Part shown: piece by piece, positions 20,222-31,347 of the stretch
Numbering within the stretch: position 1 is the stretch's first letter
Layout: each line of letters opens with the position of its first letter
From: an uncultured Actinomycetota bacterium
GTDB taxonomy: Bacteria; Actinomycetota; Actinomycetes; CAVWCF01
DNA length: 64,000 bases
NCBI GenBank assembly: GCA_963753435.1
Contig: CAVWCF010000001.1
Location: 640,001 to 704,000 of the forward strand
Direction of reading: 5' to 3'
Position numbers and translations under genes: made by a program
The notes under the pieces: model-generated
Database searches by the model: none
What the model was told of the DNA's origin: nothing
The model's input: only the letters and a program-made list of their open reading frames with translations

Positions 20222-20274
20222 GCAGCGGCGTGTCGAGAAAACCGCTACTACAAGGACCTTTTCGCTAACTGGGG

Positions 20275-20868
20275 TCAGCCGTTGATCGTCGTCGGCTTGT
20301 GCGCCGGACGTCCGGCCTCGTAGGCGCTGATCAGGTCAGCGTGCCGCAGCGTGAGCGCGATGTCGTCCAGGCCCTCCATGAGCCGCCACCGGACGTAGTC
20401 GTCGATCTCGAAATCGGCGCTGATTTCGCCGGCCGACAGGGTGCGCGCATCCAGGTCCACGGTGATCTCGGTACTCGGCTGCGACTCGACCAGGTCCCAC
20501 AACTTCTCGACGACCGGCTGGTCGACCTGTGCGGTCAGCAGCCCCACCTTGCCGGCGTTGCCACGGAAGATGTCGGCGAAGCGCGACGACACGATCACGT
20601 GGAAGCCGTAGTCCTGCAACGCCCAGGTGGCGTGCTCCCTGGACGAGCCGGTCCCGAACTCCGGACCGGCGAGGAGGATGCTGGCCCCGCGGTACTGCGG
20701 CTGGTTAAGAACGAAGTCCGGCTCCTCCCGCCACTCTGCGAACAGCGCGTCCTCATAGCCGTGCCGGGTGATCCGCTTGAGGTAGTCCCCAGGGATGATC
20801 TGGTCGGTGTCGACGTTGCTGCGGCGCAACGGCACCGCCGTGCCTACATGCCGGATCAGCGCTTCCAT
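20275..20868 (-). CDS. leuD: 3-isopropylmalate dehydratase small subunit
   Basis: [19 protein letters not shown] and FADIFRGN motifs. Confidence 0.96.
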   Translation of the reverse strand: MEALIRHVGTAVPLRRSNVDTDQIIPGDYLKRITRHGYEDALFAEWREEPDFVLNQPQYRGASILLAGPEFGTGSSREHATWALQDYGFHVIVSSRFADIFRGNAGKVGLLTAQVDQPVVEKLWDLVESQPSTEITVDLDARTLSAGEISADFEIDDYVRWRLMEGLDDIALTLRHADLISAYEAGRPAHKPTTING

Positions 20869-20878
20869 GTTCGTCCTC

Positions 20879-22276
20879 TCACAGATCCGCGGGGGCGGCC
20901 AGATGTCCGGCCACGGCGCTGGCCGCCGCGACCGCCGGCGAGACCAGGTGCGTACGCGCACCGGGACCTTGCCGTCCTTCGAAGTTTCGGTTGGAGGTCG
21001 AGGCGCTGCGCTGGCCACGGCCGACCTTGTCCGGGTTCATGCCCATGCACATCGAGCAACCGGCCTGCCGCCATTGCGCCCCGGCGGCGACGAAGACTTT
21101 GTCGAGACCTTCGGCTTCGGCGGCTAGGCGGACACGAACCGAACCGGGGACCACCAGCATCTCCACTCCCGGTGCTACCGACCGGCCGCGCAGGACCTCC
21201 GCTGCGGCGCGCAGGTCCTCCAGTCGGCCGTTGGTGCAGGACCCGACGAATACCGTGTCCACGGAAACGTCTCGCATTGCCGTCCCCGGCTTGAGGTCCA
21301 TGTACTCCAGGGCCCGCTCCGCTGCAGCCCGATCCACCGCGTCGGAGAAGTCCTCCGGCGCCGGCACCGAACCCGACAACGGGACACCTTGGCCGGGGTT
21401 TGTGCCCCAGGTGACGAACGGCGTCAGCTCAGCGGCGTCGATGACCACCTCACGGTCGAAAGTTGCGTCCGCGTCGGTGGCCAACGTTCGCCAATAGGCA
21501 ACCGCTGCATCCCAGTCGGCCCCGGTGGGCGCATGTTCGCGGCCGCGCAGGTACTCGATCGTGGTGGCATCGGGGGCGATCATCCCGGCGCGCGCACCGG
21601 CCTCGATGCTCATGTTGCAGATGGTCATGCGCGCTTCCATGGACAGGGCGCGGATCGCTTCACCGCGGTACTCGATGACGTAGCCCTGCCCGCCACCGGT
21701 GCCGATGCGGGAGATGACGGTGAGGATGAGGTCCTTGGCGGTTACCCCGTCGGGGAGTTGGCCTTCGACCGTCACCGCCATGGTCTTGAAGGGCTTCAAG
21801 GGCAGCGTCTGCGTCGCCAGGACGTGCTCCACCTCGCTGGTGCCGATGCCGAACGCCAGCGCCCCGAACGCCCCGTGCGTTGCCGTGTGGCTATCCCCGC
21901 AGACCACCGTCATCCCCGGCTGCGTAAGCCCCAGCTGCGGACCGACCACGTGCACGATTCCCTGCTCCACGTTGCCTAGGGGGAACAGCGGCACGCCGAA
22001 GTCGGCGCAGTTGCGCCGCAGGGCCTCCACCTGGGCCCGCGACGTGGGATCGGCGATCGGCTTGTCGATGTCCAGCGTCGGGACGTTGTGGTCCTCAGTG
22101 GCCAGGGTGAGATCGGGGCGCCGCACCGGACGGCCCGCCGCGCGGAGACCGTCGTAGGCCTGCGGGCTGGTGACCTCGTGGGTGAGGTGCAGGTCGATGT
22201 AGATCAGGTCCGGCTCGCCTTCGGCCCGTCGGACCACGTGGTCGTCCCAGACCTTCTGCGCCATCGTGCGGCTCAT
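20879..22276 (-). CDS. leuC: 3-isopropylmalate dehydratase large subunit
   Basis: [29 protein letters not shown] and [12 protein letters not shown] motifs. Confidence 0.97.
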   Translation of the reverse strand: MSRTMAQKVWDDHVVRRAEGEPDLIYIDLHLTHEVTSPQAYDGLRAAGRPVRRPDLTLATEDHNVPTLDIDKPIADPTSRAQVEALRRNCADFGVPLFPLGNVEQGIVHVVGPQLGLTQPGMTVVCGDSHTATHGAFGALAFGIGTSEVEHVLATQTLPLKPFKTMAVTVEGQLPDGVTAKDLILTVISRIGTGGGQGYVIEYRGEAIRALSMEARMTICNMSIEAGARAGMIAPDATTIEYLRGREHAPTGADWDAAVAYWRTLATDADATFDREVVIDAAELTPFVTWGTNPGQGVPLSGSVPAPEDFSDAVDRAAAERALEYMDLKPGTAMRDVSVDTVFVGSCTNGRLEDLRAAAEVLRGRSVAPGVEMLVVPGSVRVRLAAEAEGLDKVFVAAGAQWRQAGCSMCMGMNPDKVGRGQRSASTSNRNFEGRQGPGARTHLVSPAVAAASAVAGHLAAPADL

Positions 22277-22323
22277 CGGCCTTCCTCTCCTCGCCAGTGG
22301 GGGCTCACCCGCAGGTGGTTGCA

Positions 22324-22338
22324 TCTCGGAATGCGAGA
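22324..22338. promoter_or_regulatory. Candidate IclR/NdgR operator
   Basis: 15-bp imperfect palindrome TCTCGGAATGCGAGA in the short leuC/iclR divergent spacer. Confidence 0.6.
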
Positions 22339-22353
22339 CGGCAGTATCGCTAC

Positions 22354-23067
22354 GTGGACAATTCTAGCGGAGTGGGTGTCCTGGACAAGGCCGCCCTCCT
22401 CCTCAGCACCCTGGAGGCGGGCCCGCAGAGTCTGGCGGGCCTGGTCGCAGCGACCGGGCTGGCCCGACCGACCGCCCATCGGCTGGCGACGGCCCTGGAG
22501 CACCACCGCCTGGTTTCCAGGGATCTGCAGGGCCGGTTCGTCCTCGGCCCGCGAATGGCCGAGCTCGCGGCCGCGGCTGGCGAGGACCGACTCCTGGCCG
22601 CCGCCGGACCCGTCCTGACCGCACTTCGCGACGTGACGAACGAGTCCGCACAGGTGTACCGGCGCCAGGGAGACATGCGTGTGTGCGTTGCCAGCGTGGA
22701 GCGGCAGTCCGGCCTGCGCGACTCCGTGCCGATCGGGGCCACATTGACGATGCGCGCCGGGTCGGCGGCTCAGGTCCTGCTGGCGTGGGAGGAACCCGAC
22801 CGCGTCCATCAGGGACTCAAGGGCTCGCGATTCACCGCAGCGGCCCTGGCTGGCGTACGCAAGCGTGGCTGGGCGCAGAGCGTCGGGGAGCGGGAGGCCG
22901 GCGTGGCGTCCGTCTCGGCGCCGGTACGGGGCCCGGGGGGTCGGGTGGTTGCGGCCATCTCCATCAGCGGACCCATCGAGCGGTTGACCAGGGCCCCCGG
23001 TCGCGTGCACGCCGCAGTGATCCTTGATGCCGCCCGCCAACTGGCGGATGCGCTGCGCGCCGGCTAG
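22354..23067 (+). CDS. ndgR: IclR family regulator (NdgR-like)
   Basis: [23 protein letters not shown] and [16 protein letters not shown]; divergent from leuC. Confidence 0.9.
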   Translation: MDNSSGVGVLDKAALLLSTLEAGPQSLAGLVAATGLARPTAHRLATALEHHRLVSRDLQGRFVLGPRMAELAAAAGEDRLLAAAGPVLTALRDVTNESAQVYRRQGDMRVCVASVERQSGLRDSVPIGATLTMRAGSAAQVLLAWEEPDRVHQGLKGSRFTAAALAGVRKRGWAQSVGEREAGVASVSAPVRGPGGRVVAAISISGPIERLTRAPGRVHAAVILDAARQLADALRAG

Positions 23068-25367
23068 GCGCAGGGGGTGAAGGCGACCGCGCTGTCCGGA
23101 AGCACCGCGGCAGCCCCGAGCGCCACGACGGTATTAGCGCCCGTTCGGGACTTCACCGCGACGTTCGACGCCGGGACGCAATCACCTTTTGCCAGCAGAA
23201 CCGGACCGCCGTTGACGCTGGCCACCGGCCCGCCGGCCAACGCGTCCGGGAAGTTCGTTCCGGTGGCCAGGACTACGGACGGCCTCGCGCCCGGGAAGGC
23301 GTAGTTCGCGATGGCGGCCGCCGTCGCGAATCGGTCCGAACCGGCCAGCCTGGTAACCGCGCCGGTCGTGTAGCCGGACAGTTGAGTAGCCACCCCGGTC
23401 CCCACCACGGAGGAACCGCCCAGCACCACGATCCGCTGGGGCTTGAGCACCTGCAACGCGGTCACCGTCGCCGCCGGCAGCGCGGTGGCGGTCGCCAGCA
23501 GTAGTGGCCCGCCCTGCGCTGCCGCGGCCGGCGCCCCGGCGAGGGCGTCGGGGAAGTTCTGGCCCGTTGCGACGTAGGCGACCGGCACTGGTCCCGCGAA
23601 GGAGGCCATCGCCGCTGCGGCCGCGGTGGCATACCGGTCGGCCCCGGCGAGCCGCTGCACCGGACCCGTGGTGAAGGCCTGCAGTTGCCCGAGCAGGCTG
23701 TCCGGGATGACGCCGCTCGACCCCAGAACGACGATTCGCCGCGGACTCAGCCGCCACAGCTCGTAGCCCACCGAGGTGGGCATCGTGCCGCCGTTCACCA
23801 GCAGCACCGGACCTCCGAGGCGCCCAGCCAACGGGCCGGCGGCCAAGGCATCGGGGAAGTTGCCACCGGTCGCGATGTAGGCAACCGGGACACCCGAAGC
23901 GAAGGTCCGAGCGCTGGCCACGGCCGCGGTGTCGTAGCGCGTGGGCCCGTCGAAGCGGTCGCCCGGCGCGGTGGCCACTGTGGCGGGGGCCGGGTTCGGT
24001 GGACGGACGGCGCTCAGAGCCGCAGCGACGTTCAGCCGGCCACCACTGGCAACCTGACCGAACCACGCCGGCGACGCGTCCACGGTCGTCAACAACGCAC
24101 TCCGCAGTTGGCCGGCAGTCAGCGTTGGCGCAGCGGACTTCAACAGGACCGCAGCGCCGGCAACGTGCGGGGCGGCCATGGACGTGCCCTGGTAGTACGC
24201 ATAGCCACCGCCGACCACCGTGCTCAGCACGCTGACGCCGGGTGCGGCCAGGTCCACGCTGCGCCCGTAGTTGCTGAAGGAGGCACGCCCGCCGCCCTGC
24301 GTAGACGCAGCGACACAGACCACGTTGGCACGGTTCAGGTTGCAGGGGAACCAGGGCTGAGTGTCATTGCTGGTCCCGGAGTTGCCGGCGGCGGCCACGA
24401 CCAGGAGGTTCGGCGAGTCGGCGATCGCATCGTCGATCACTGGACTGAACTGATCACTGCCCAAGCTCATGTTGACGAGGTCCGCGCCCATGATGCGCGA
24501 GTAGATGATCGAGTTGGCGAGCGCGTAGTCCGGTAGCCCGCAAAGATCCTCGTCGTAGGCGTCCAGCGCGATCAGTCGTACGTCCCACGCGACACCGGCC
24601 ACGCCGACGGAATTGTTGCCGCGCGCCCCGATGGTTCCGGCTACGTGCGTGCCGTGGCTTTGCCCGCTGAACAGACATCCGGCATCCGACTCGGGCCTCG
24701 GGTCCGCGTCCCAGTCGGCGAAGTCGAAGCCGAAGATGTCGTCGGTTACGCCGTTGCCGTCATCGTCCACACCGGTGACTCCGGACTGCTCGACGGGATT
24801 AACCCACCGGTTGGCCGCCAGGTCCGGGTGCAGGTAGTCGATGCCGGTGTCGATCACACCCACGGTGACGCTGCCGTCGCCGGTTTCGAAGTCCCAGGCG
24901 GAAGGAGCGTCGATGTCGTTGGCGCCGTTGCCCAGCGGCCACTGAGACCCGTAAGCGGAGTCGTTCGGGGTCTTGGTGAGCGAGTACAGCACGCTTGGTT
25001 CGGCGTAGACCACGTCGGCTCGCCGGCCCAGGCCAGCGGCTACCGCTGCGGCCTGACCCGGTTTGGTGCGCACAACCTCAACCAGTGGCAGGTTCGTTTC
25101 CTGTAGCAGAGTGGCTCCCGCAGCAGCCCTGGCCTGCGCCCGCCGGGACGGAGAGGTCCCCGGCTCGAAGCGGACAACGACCCGATCGCTCAGGACTCGG
25201 GACTGTGCATCGCGAGCCGGACCTTGACCAGTGCTCGGGGCCTGACCTGGTTCGGTGTCGGCCACCGCGGCTGGGGCAGTTGGCAGCAGTAGCGCGGCGG
25301 AAGCGACCAGCGCGGGCAATACGACCGACCGCCGGCGGGTCCGGAGCCACTGGGCGGACTGCCACAT
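23064..25367 (-). CDS. Secreted S8 subtilisin-like protease with three cell-wall-binding repeat 2 (CWB2) domains
   Basis: Signal peptide; catalytic VIDTG, HGTHVAG and GTSMAAP; three G-x-(D/T)-R-(Y/F)...ATG.NFPDAL...P(V/L)LL repeats. Start approximate. Confidence 0.92.
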   Translation of the reverse strand: MWQSAQWLRTRRRSVVLPALVASAALLLPTAPAAVADTEPGQAPSTGQGPARDAQSRVLSDRVVVRFEPGTSPSRRAQARAAAGATLLQETNLPLVEVVRTKPGQAAAVAAGLGRRADVVYAEPSVLYSLTKTPNDSAYGSQWPLGNGANDIDAPSAWDFETGDGSVTVGVIDTGIDYLHPDLAANRWVNPVEQSGVTGVDDDGNGVTDDIFGFDFADWDADPRPESDAGCLFSGQSHGTHVAGTIGARGNNSVGVAGVAWDVRLIALDAYDEDLCGLPDYALANSIIYSRIMGADLVNMSLGSDQFSPVIDDAIADSPNLLVVAAAGNSGTSNDTQPWFPCNLNRANVVCVAASTQGGGRASFSNYGRSVDLAAPGVSVLSTVVGGGYAYYQGTSMAAPHVAGAAVLLKSAAPTLTAGQLRSALLTTVDASPAWFGQVASGGRLNVAAALSAVRPPNPAPATVATAPGDRFDGPTRYDTAAVASARTFASGVPVAYIATGGNFPDALAAGPLAGRLGGPVLLVNGGTMPTSVGYELWRLSPRRIVVLGSSGVIPDSLLGQLQAFTTGPVQRLAGADRYATAAAAAMASFAGPVPVAYVATGQNFPDALAGAPAAAAQGGPLLLATATALPAATVTALQVLKPQRIVVLGGSSVVGTGVATQLSGYTTGAVTRLAGSDRFATAAAIANYAFPGARPSVVLATGTNFPDALAGGPVASVNGGPVLLAKGDCVPASNVAVKSRTGANTVVALGAAAVLPDSAVAFTPCA

Positions 25368-25484
25368 GAACCGGGGACGGTACCTGCAGTTCGCTCCCGT
25401 TTCATCCCCAAGCATGAGCGCAGGATCCCATTTGGCACACGGACAGCGATCGTCCGAACGGGCGAGTTGGCAGGTCACCGCTGA

Positions 25485-25521
25485 GAAGAAGACGAGGCCC
25501 TCGCCATTGGCGAGGGCCTCG
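25485..25521 (-). terminator. Intrinsic terminator after the tRNA pair
   Basis: CGAGGCCCTCGCC stem (13 bp) followed by TCTTCTTC on the minus strand. Confidence 0.8.
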
Positions 25522-25525
25522 GTCG

Positions 25526-25598
25526 TAGCCCCGACGGGATTCGAACCCGCGCTACCGCCTTGAGAGGGCGGCGTGCTAGGCCGCTACACAACGGGGCC
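25526..25598 (-). tRNA. tRNA-Glu(CTC)
   Basis: GGCCCCGTTGTGTAGCGG...CCGCC-CT-CTC-AA-GGCGG...GGTTCGAATCC...CGGGGCTA; CCA not encoded. Confidence 0.96.
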
Positions 25599-25666
25599 GA
25601 GTCGGTGCTGACGCACCGGAGTGCGGAACGGTACCCCACACGGATGTTTGGGAACCACTCCAACAG

Positions 25667-25738
25667 CTGGGGTACCAGGACTCGAACCTAGACTAACTGG
25701 GCCAGAACCAGTCGGGCTGCCAATTACCCCATACCCCA
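25667..25738 (-). tRNA. tRNA-Gln(CTG)
   Basis: TGGGGTATGGGGTAATTGG...ACTGG-TT-CTG-GC-CCAGT...GGTTCGAGTCC...TACCCCAG; TATAGT -10 at 25762-25767. Confidence 0.96.
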
Positions 25739-25774
25739 TCGGTGCCAGGCACCGACCGCGAACTATACCCCGGC

Positions 25775-27298
25775 TTACGCAGGCTCCAGACGCGCCAACA
25801 GCGCGCGCAGCCGCGTGCGCGTGACCTCCGCGCCGAGCAACTCCAGCGACTCGAACAGCGGCGGTGAGACCCGCCGGCCGCAGACCGCAACCCGGACCGG
25901 CGTGAATGCATTGCGTGGCTTCAGCCCCAGGCCTTCGATGAGGGCGGTGCGTAGCGCGGCTTCGATCGACTCCGTTGACCACGCGATGTCGGCCAGGGCC
26001 GCATCAGCGGCGCGCAGCACCGCGGCAGCGTCATCGCCCAGGGACTCGACTGCGTCATCGTCCGGAGCGAAGCCGTCGCTGGCGAACAGGAAGCCCACCA
26101 TGCCGGGGGCCTCCGACAGCACCGTCATCCGCTCCGAAACCAACGGCGTCACCGCCCGCAGCAGACTGAGCTGGTCCTGGCCGGGATCGGCCGGAAGCAG
26201 GCCGTCGCGCTGCAGGAAAGGCACAATTCGTGCGGCCAAGTCGTCGACGTCCAGGCGCCGGATCCAGTCGGCGTTGATGGCCCGGGCCTTCTTGTAATCG
26301 AAGCGCGCCGGACTCGGATTCACCCTGGAGATGTCGAAGGCCTCAGCCATCTCCGCCATGCTGAAGATGTCCCGGTCCTCCGCGATCGCCCAGCCCAGCA
26401 GCGCCAGGTAGTTGAGCAGTCCTTCAGGGATGAAGCCCTCGTCGCGGTACAGGTTCAGTGACGACTGCGGGTCGCGCTTGGACAGCTTCTTGTTGCCCTC
26501 CCCCATGACGTACGGCAGATGCCCGAAGGCCGGTATCGATCCGTCCCCTACACCTATCTGCCCGAGGATCCCGTACATCACGATCTGCCGCGGGGTGCTG
26601 GAAAGCAGGTCCTCGCCGCGGAGCACCTGCTTGATCTGCATGAGGACGTCGTCCACCGGGTTCACCAGCGTGTACAGCGGCTCACCGTTGCTGCGCACGA
26701 TCACGAAGTCGGGGATCTGCTGACCGTCGAAGCGCAGTGGGCCGCGAACCAGGTCGTCCCAGGTGATCTCGCCGTCGGGCATTCGCACGCGCACGACCGC
26801 CGGTCGGTCGACGACCGCGGCCAACTGTTCGTCGGTCAGGTCCCGGCAGTGCCCGTCGTAGCCCGGCGGGCGACCGGCAGCGCGCGCGGCTTCACGCCGT
26901 TCCTCAAGTTCCTCCTGGGTGCAGAAGCAGCGGTACGCCAACCCCGCCTCCAGCAGCCGACGGGCAATGTCGGCGTAGCTGTCCATGCGCTCGCTTTGCC
27001 GGTACGGGCCCAGCGGCCCGCCCACAAGCGGCCCCTCATCCCAGTCCAGGCGCAACCAGCGCATGGCTTGGATGAGTTGCTCGTAGGACTCCTCGGTGTC
27101 CCGGGCGGAATCGGTGTCTTCGATCCGGAAGACGAACGTCCCGCCGGTGTGTCGCGCGTGCGCCCAGTTGAACAGCGCCGTGCGCACCATGCCGACATGC
27201 GGATTGCCCGTCGGGGACGGACAGAACCGCACCCGGACGGAATCGTTGGATTGCCGCGCCGGGACGCCCACTCCGTCCAGAGGCCAGGACTCAGTCAT
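25775..27298 (-). CDS. gltX: Glutamate--tRNA ligase
   Basis: [19 protein letters not shown] and KKLSKR motifs. Confidence 0.97.
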   Translation of the reverse strand: MTESWPLDGVGVPARQSNDSVRVRFCPSPTGNPHVGMVRTALFNWAHARHTGGTFVFRIEDTDSARDTEESYEQLIQAMRWLRLDWDEGPLVGGPLGPYRQSERMDSYADIARRLLEAGLAYRCFCTQEELEERREAARAAGRPPGYDGHCRDLTDEQLAAVVDRPAVVRVRMPDGEITWDDLVRGPLRFDGQQIPDFVIVRSNGEPLYTLVNPVDDVLMQIKQVLRGEDLLSSTPRQIVMYGILGQIGVGDGSIPAFGHLPYVMGEGNKKLSKRDPQSSLNLYRDEGFIPEGLLNYLALLGWAIAEDRDIFSMAEMAEAFDISRVNPSPARFDYKKARAINADWIRRLDVDDLAARIVPFLQRDGLLPADPGQDQLSLLRAVTPLVSERMTVLSEAPGMVGFLFASDGFAPDDDAVESLGDDAAAVLRAADAALADIAWSTESIEAALRTALIEGLGLKPRNAFTPVRVAVCGRRVSPPLFESLELLGAEVTRTRLRALLARLEPA

Positions 27299-28058
27299 CT
27301 GCCACCACCGGATTGCGCAAGGCACCCAGCCCTTCGATAGTCACGTTGACGGTATTGCCGGCCACCAGTGGACCGACCCCCGCCGGAGTACCGGTGAGCA
27401 GCACGTCCCCGGGCAGCAGCGTCATCACCGCTGACGCCGCGGCCACCAACTCAGCGACGGAACGGAGCATTGCGGCGGTGCGGCCGTCCTGAACCACTTG
27501 GCCGTCGACCTCGCAGACGATTCGCAGATCCGTGGGGTCGATCTCCGTGTCGATCCAAGGCCCTAGGGGTGCGAAAGTGTCAAAGCCCTTAGCGCGCGTC
27601 CACTGACCGTCACCGCGCTGGAAATCACGGGCGGTCACATCATTGGCGCAAGTGAAACCCAGGATCACCGCGGCGGCGTTCTCAACCGGCACCCGGCGGC
27701 AGAGCCGGCCGATCACCACAGCGAGTTCGGCCTCGTAGTGGACCTCGGTGGACTCCGGCGGCAGGACGATCGGGTCCCCGGGACCGATCACCGCCGTGGA
27801 CGGCTTCAGGAAGAAGAGCGGCTCCGCGGGTGGCTCCGATCCCATCTCCCGCGCGTGGTCGGCGTAGTTCTTGCCGACCCCGACGATCTTGCTGGGCAGC
27901 ACCGGAGCGAGCAGTCGGACGTCGGCGCGCGGGAACCGCGCCGTGGAGAGGCTGAACGGACCGAACGGGTGGCCGTCGATGGCCACCACGGTCTCGCCGT
28001 CGCCTTCTACGACTCCGAAGGCGACTTGGTCTGCAACTGAGAAGCGGCAGATCCGCAT
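27291..28058 (-). CDS. Fumarylacetoacetate hydrolase family protein
   Basis: [24 protein letters not shown] and [10 protein letters not shown] motifs. Confidence 0.93.
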   Translation of the reverse strand: MRICRFSVADQVAFGVVEGDGETVVAIDGHPFGPFSLSTARFPRADVRLLAPVLPSKIVGVGKNYADHAREMGSEPPAEPLFFLKPSTAVIGPGDPIVLPPESTEVHYEAELAVVIGRLCRRVPVENAAAVILGFTCANDVTARDFQRGDGQWTRAKGFDTFAPLGPWIDTEIDPTDLRIVCEVDGQVVQDGRTAAMLRSVAELVAAASAVMTLLPGDVLLTGTPAGVGPLVAGNTVNVTIEGLGALRNPVVADD

Positions 28059-28162
28059 GCTGGCCCTCCCAGGTCGGCGCACCCGGGGCGCCTGCTGCGG
28101 CCGGATGGCCGCGTCGGAGGACAATACGGGAGGCCAGGACTGACTTACGGACGTGCGAGGGG

Positions 28163-29182
28163 GTGGCCGTGCCGGACCTACGACTGTCGCGCCGCAGCCT
28201 GCGCCTGATCGCGGGCGCCACTGCCATCGTCGGGATCGTCCTGGGCGGTGCGGCGGCGTCGTTGTCCAGCACCGCAGCGCCGGCAGCAATATCGGGAGGG
28301 GACATCGAGGAAGCAGCACCGGTCGCCGCTGGCGGCGCGAGTGACCCATCGGCTGCGTCGGCGTCGCCACTGCCCCTGCAGGTGGGCGCCGGCGCCGACG
28401 TCTTGGTGCTGGGAGATTCCCTGGCGGTCGCCCTCTACCCATACCTGGGAACGCAGATGCCGGACCGGCGGGTCACCTACGCCGCGCAAGAAGGTCGGGC
28501 CACGGCCTGGGCCGCAACCCGACTGGCGGAGGAGTTGCGCCGCGGCGGCGTGCCCCGGGTGGTCGTGGTCTCCTCCGGTACCAACGATGGCGGCGACGCG
28601 GAGGCGTTCCGCGGCAACGCCGAGCGCCTCCTGGACCGCGCCGGTGCGGACCGATGCGTGGTCTGGCTGACCGTGCACGTGCCGGACGAGGAGGCGCGCG
28701 CGGGCATCAATGCGCAGATTCAGCGTCTGGGTGAGCGCGACAACGTAGCGATCGCCGACTGGGCCGGCGCCGTGGCGCAGAACCCCAACCTGCTGATCGG
28801 CGATCGCGTGCATGCAACTGCCGCGGGTCTACAGGTGCGCGCGGAACTCATCGCCGACGCCGTGCATCGCTGCTCCCCGTTCGATCCCGACGCACCGCCA
28901 CCGGCCTACGTCCCGCCCCCGACCGACACGCGGATGCCGGGGGGCACAAGCGGATCAGGCTGGAGCTCGACGCCCGCTACCGGCTCGGCCGAATCCGCGG
29001 GTTCGCCGCAGCCCAGCCCTAGCGGCTCCAGCGATGCGGGAACGCCCAGTGAATCTGAAACGGGCGGGTCGGGAACGGCAACACCGTCGGCATCGGCTCC
29101 AGCCAGCACCCCGGCGCCCAGCACTTCCGCGCCTAGCCCGGCCGGCAATTCGAGCCCGTCCGGTCCGGCGTCCGGGGGCTGA
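28163..29182 (+). CDS. Exported SGNH/GDSL hydrolase or O-acetyltransferase with Ser/Pro/Thr-rich tail
   Basis: VLGDSL, SGTND and DRVH blocks; N-terminal SRR plus hydrophobic helix. Confidence 0.75.
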   Translation: MAVPDLRLSRRSLRLIAGATAIVGIVLGGAAASLSSTAAPAAISGGDIEEAAPVAAGGASDPSAASASPLPLQVGAGADVLVLGDSLAVALYPYLGTQMPDRRVTYAAQEGRATAWAATRLAEELRRGGVPRVVVVSSGTNDGGDAEAFRGNAERLLDRAGADRCVVWLTVHVPDEEARAGINAQIQRLGERDNVAIADWAGAVAQNPNLLIGDRVHATAAGLQVRAELIADAVHRCSPFDPDAPPPAYVPPPTDTRMPGGTSGSGWSSTPATGSAESAGSPQPSPSGSSDAGTPSESETGGSGTATPSASAPASTPAPSTSAPSPAGNSSPSGPASGG

Positions 29183-29186
29183 GCCT

Positions 29187-30290
29187 TCAGGCGGACGCGG
29201 GGACGAGCGTGCGCATCCAGCCGTGACTGTCCGCAGCGACCCCGGTCTGGATGTCCAGCAGCGCCTGGCGGAGTTGGCTCGTGACCGGGCCCGGTTGGCC
29301 ATCGCCGATCTGGAACTCCCCGGACTCGGACTTGACCGTGCCCACCGGAGTGATCACTGCCGCAGTCCCACAGGCGAAGACCTCGGTGATTTCGCCCGAC
29401 TCAACCGCCGCAGCCCACTCGTCAGTGGAGATCCGCCCCTCGGCGACTGCCAGCCCGTGGTCACCGGCCAACGTGAGCAGCGAATCCCTCGTGATGCCCG
29501 GCAGCAAGGTGCCGGTGAGCTCCGGCGTGAACAAGCGGGCAGAAGGACCGGAACCGAAGACGAAGTAGAGGTTCATCCCACCCATCTCCTCCACCCAGCG
29601 GTGTTCGGCCGCGTCCAGCCACACCACCTGATCGCACCCCTGCTCAGCGGCCTGGGCCTGCGCGATCAGCGACGCCGCGTAGTTGCCCGCGCACTTGGCC
29701 TCACCGGTGCCGCCGGGGGCGGCCCGGGTGTATTCGGTGGACAGCCAGACGCTCACGGGCTTGACGCCCTTGGCGAAGTAGGGACCGGCGGGGCTGGCGA
29801 TCAGCAGGTACTGGCACGCCGATGCGGGCTTGACTCCTAGCCCGACCTCAGTGGCCAGCATGAACGGGCGCAGGTAAAGGCTGCGCTCGGCGCCGCTGGG
29901 CACCCACTCGGCGTCGGCCGCAACCAGCGCCGACAGGGAGTCCAAGAACAGTTCCTCCGGCAGTTCCGGCATCGCCAGCCGCCGCGCGCTGCGATTGAAG
30001 CGCGCCGCATTCGCCTCCGGTCGGAACGAGGCGATAGCGCCGTCGGTTTGCCGATAGGCCTTCAGCCCTTCGAAGATCTCCTGGCCGTAGTGCAAGGCCA
30101 TCGTCGCCGGGTCCAGCGACAGTGGGCCGTAGGGCACCAGTTCCGCGTCATGCCAGCCGAGCTCGGTCGACCAATGAGCAGTGACCATGTGGTCGGTGAA
30201 CCGTCGGCCGAAGCCCGGGTCAGCGAGAATCGCCTCACGCTCAGCTTCGGCAAGCGGGTTCGAGGTCGGCTTGAGGGCGATGACTGTCAC
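29187..30290 (-). CDS. ilvE: Branched-chain amino acid aminotransferase
   Basis: [28 protein letters not shown] and LPGITR motifs. Confidence 0.96.
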   Translation of the reverse strand: MTVIALKPTSNPLAEAEREAILADPGFGRRFTDHMVTAHWSTELGWHDAELVPYGPLSLDPATMALHYGQEIFEGLKAYRQTDGAIASFRPEANAARFNRSARRLAMPELPEELFLDSLSALVAADAEWVPSGAERSLYLRPFMLATEVGLGVKPASACQYLLIASPAGPYFAKGVKPVSVWLSTEYTRAAPGGTGEAKCAGNYAASLIAQAQAAEQGCDQVVWLDAAEHRWVEEMGGMNLYFVFGSGPSARLFTPELTGTLLPGITRDSLLTLAGDHGLAVAEGRISTDEWAAAVESGEITEVFACGTAAVITPVGTVKSESGEFQIGDGQPGPVTSQLRQALLDIQTGVAADSHGWMRTLVPASA

Positions 30291-30303
30291 GGAACCTCCC
30301 GGC

Positions 30304-31347
30304 CTAGTTCGCTGCTTCCAGCAGCGCGGACACGACCGCGTCACCGGTTTGCTCGGTAGTGCGCTCGCTATCGCGGCGCTGTAGGTCGGCCACAACGGCG
30401 GCCTCCACCGCCGCTGCCGCGTCGGCATGCCCGCAGTGCTGCAGGAGCATCGCCAACGACAGGATGCACGCCGTGGGATCGGCGATGCCACGACCGGCGA
30501 TGTCCGGAGCCGACCCGTGGACCGGCTCGAACATGCTCGGGTTCGCGCCGGAAGCGTCGATGCTGCCACTGGCGGCCAGTCCGATCCCGCCGGCGACGGC
30601 CGCTCCGATGTCGGTCAGCACGTCGCCGAACAGGTTGTCGGTGACGACCACGTCGAAGCGCTCCGGGTTCGTCATGAAGTGCATCGCCGCGGCGTCCACG
30701 TGCGCGTAATCGACGGCGACCTCCGGGTACTCCGCCCCGACCTCGTCGACGATGCGGCGCCACATGGCTCCGGCATGGACCAGCACGTTCGCCTTGTGCA
30801 CCAGGGTCAGGTGGCGGCGGCGTCGCATGGCGCGAGCGAAGGCGTCGCGCACGACTCGCTCGACGCCGTACGCGGTGTTGATGCTCTCCTCGGTCGCAAC
30901 CTCGTGCGGGGTACCCGTGCGGATCGACCCGCCGGCGCCGACGTAGGGCCCCTCGGTGCCTTCACGCACCACCACCAGGTCCACGCGGTCCGGCGTCAAC
31001 CCGGCCACCGGCGTGGCCACGCCCGGGTACAGCCGTACCGGGCGCAGGTTGACGTGGTGATCCAGGGCGAACCGCAGCCGCAGCAGCATCCCGCGCTCCA
31101 GCAGTCCCGGCGGCACCCGCGGGTCACCAACCGCACCGAACAAGATCACGTCCTGTTCGCGCAGTTCGGCGAGCACCGAATCCGGAAGCACTTCGCCGGT
31201 GCGGTCGTAGATGCGCCAGCCGAGGTCGTACTCGGTGCGGTCGGTCTTGACGCCGAAACGGGACTCGACGGCGTCAAGCACCTTGAGCGCCTGGGGGACG
31301 ACCTCCTGCCCGATCCCGTCGCCGGGGACAACGGCCAGCCGGGTCAT
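30304..31347 (-). CDS. leuB: 3-isopropylmalate dehydrogenase
   Basis: PGDGIG, NLRP, DNLFGD and [13 protein letters not shown] motifs. Confidence 0.95.
   Translation of the reverse strand: MTRLAVVPGDGIGQEVVPQALKVLDAVESRFGVKTDRTEYDLGWRIYDRTGEVLPDSVLAELREQDVILFGAVGDPRVPPGLLERGMLLRLRFALDHHVNLRPVRLYPGVATPVAGLTPDRVDLVVVREGTEGPYVGAGGSIRTGTPHEVATEESINTAYGVERVVRDAFARAMRRRRHLTLVHKANVLVHAGAMWRRIVDEVGAEYPEVAVDYAHVDAAAMHFMTNPERFDVVVTDNLFGDVLTDIGAAVAGGIGLAASGSIDASGANPSMFEPVHGSAPDIAGRGIADPTACILSLAMLLQHCGHADAAAAVEAAVVADLQRRDSERTTEQTGDAVVSALLEAAN

Noticed and set aside
23064-25526. Possible tRNA-integrated genomic island
   Set aside because: No integrase, no duplicated tRNA 3' end, and only one cargo gene.
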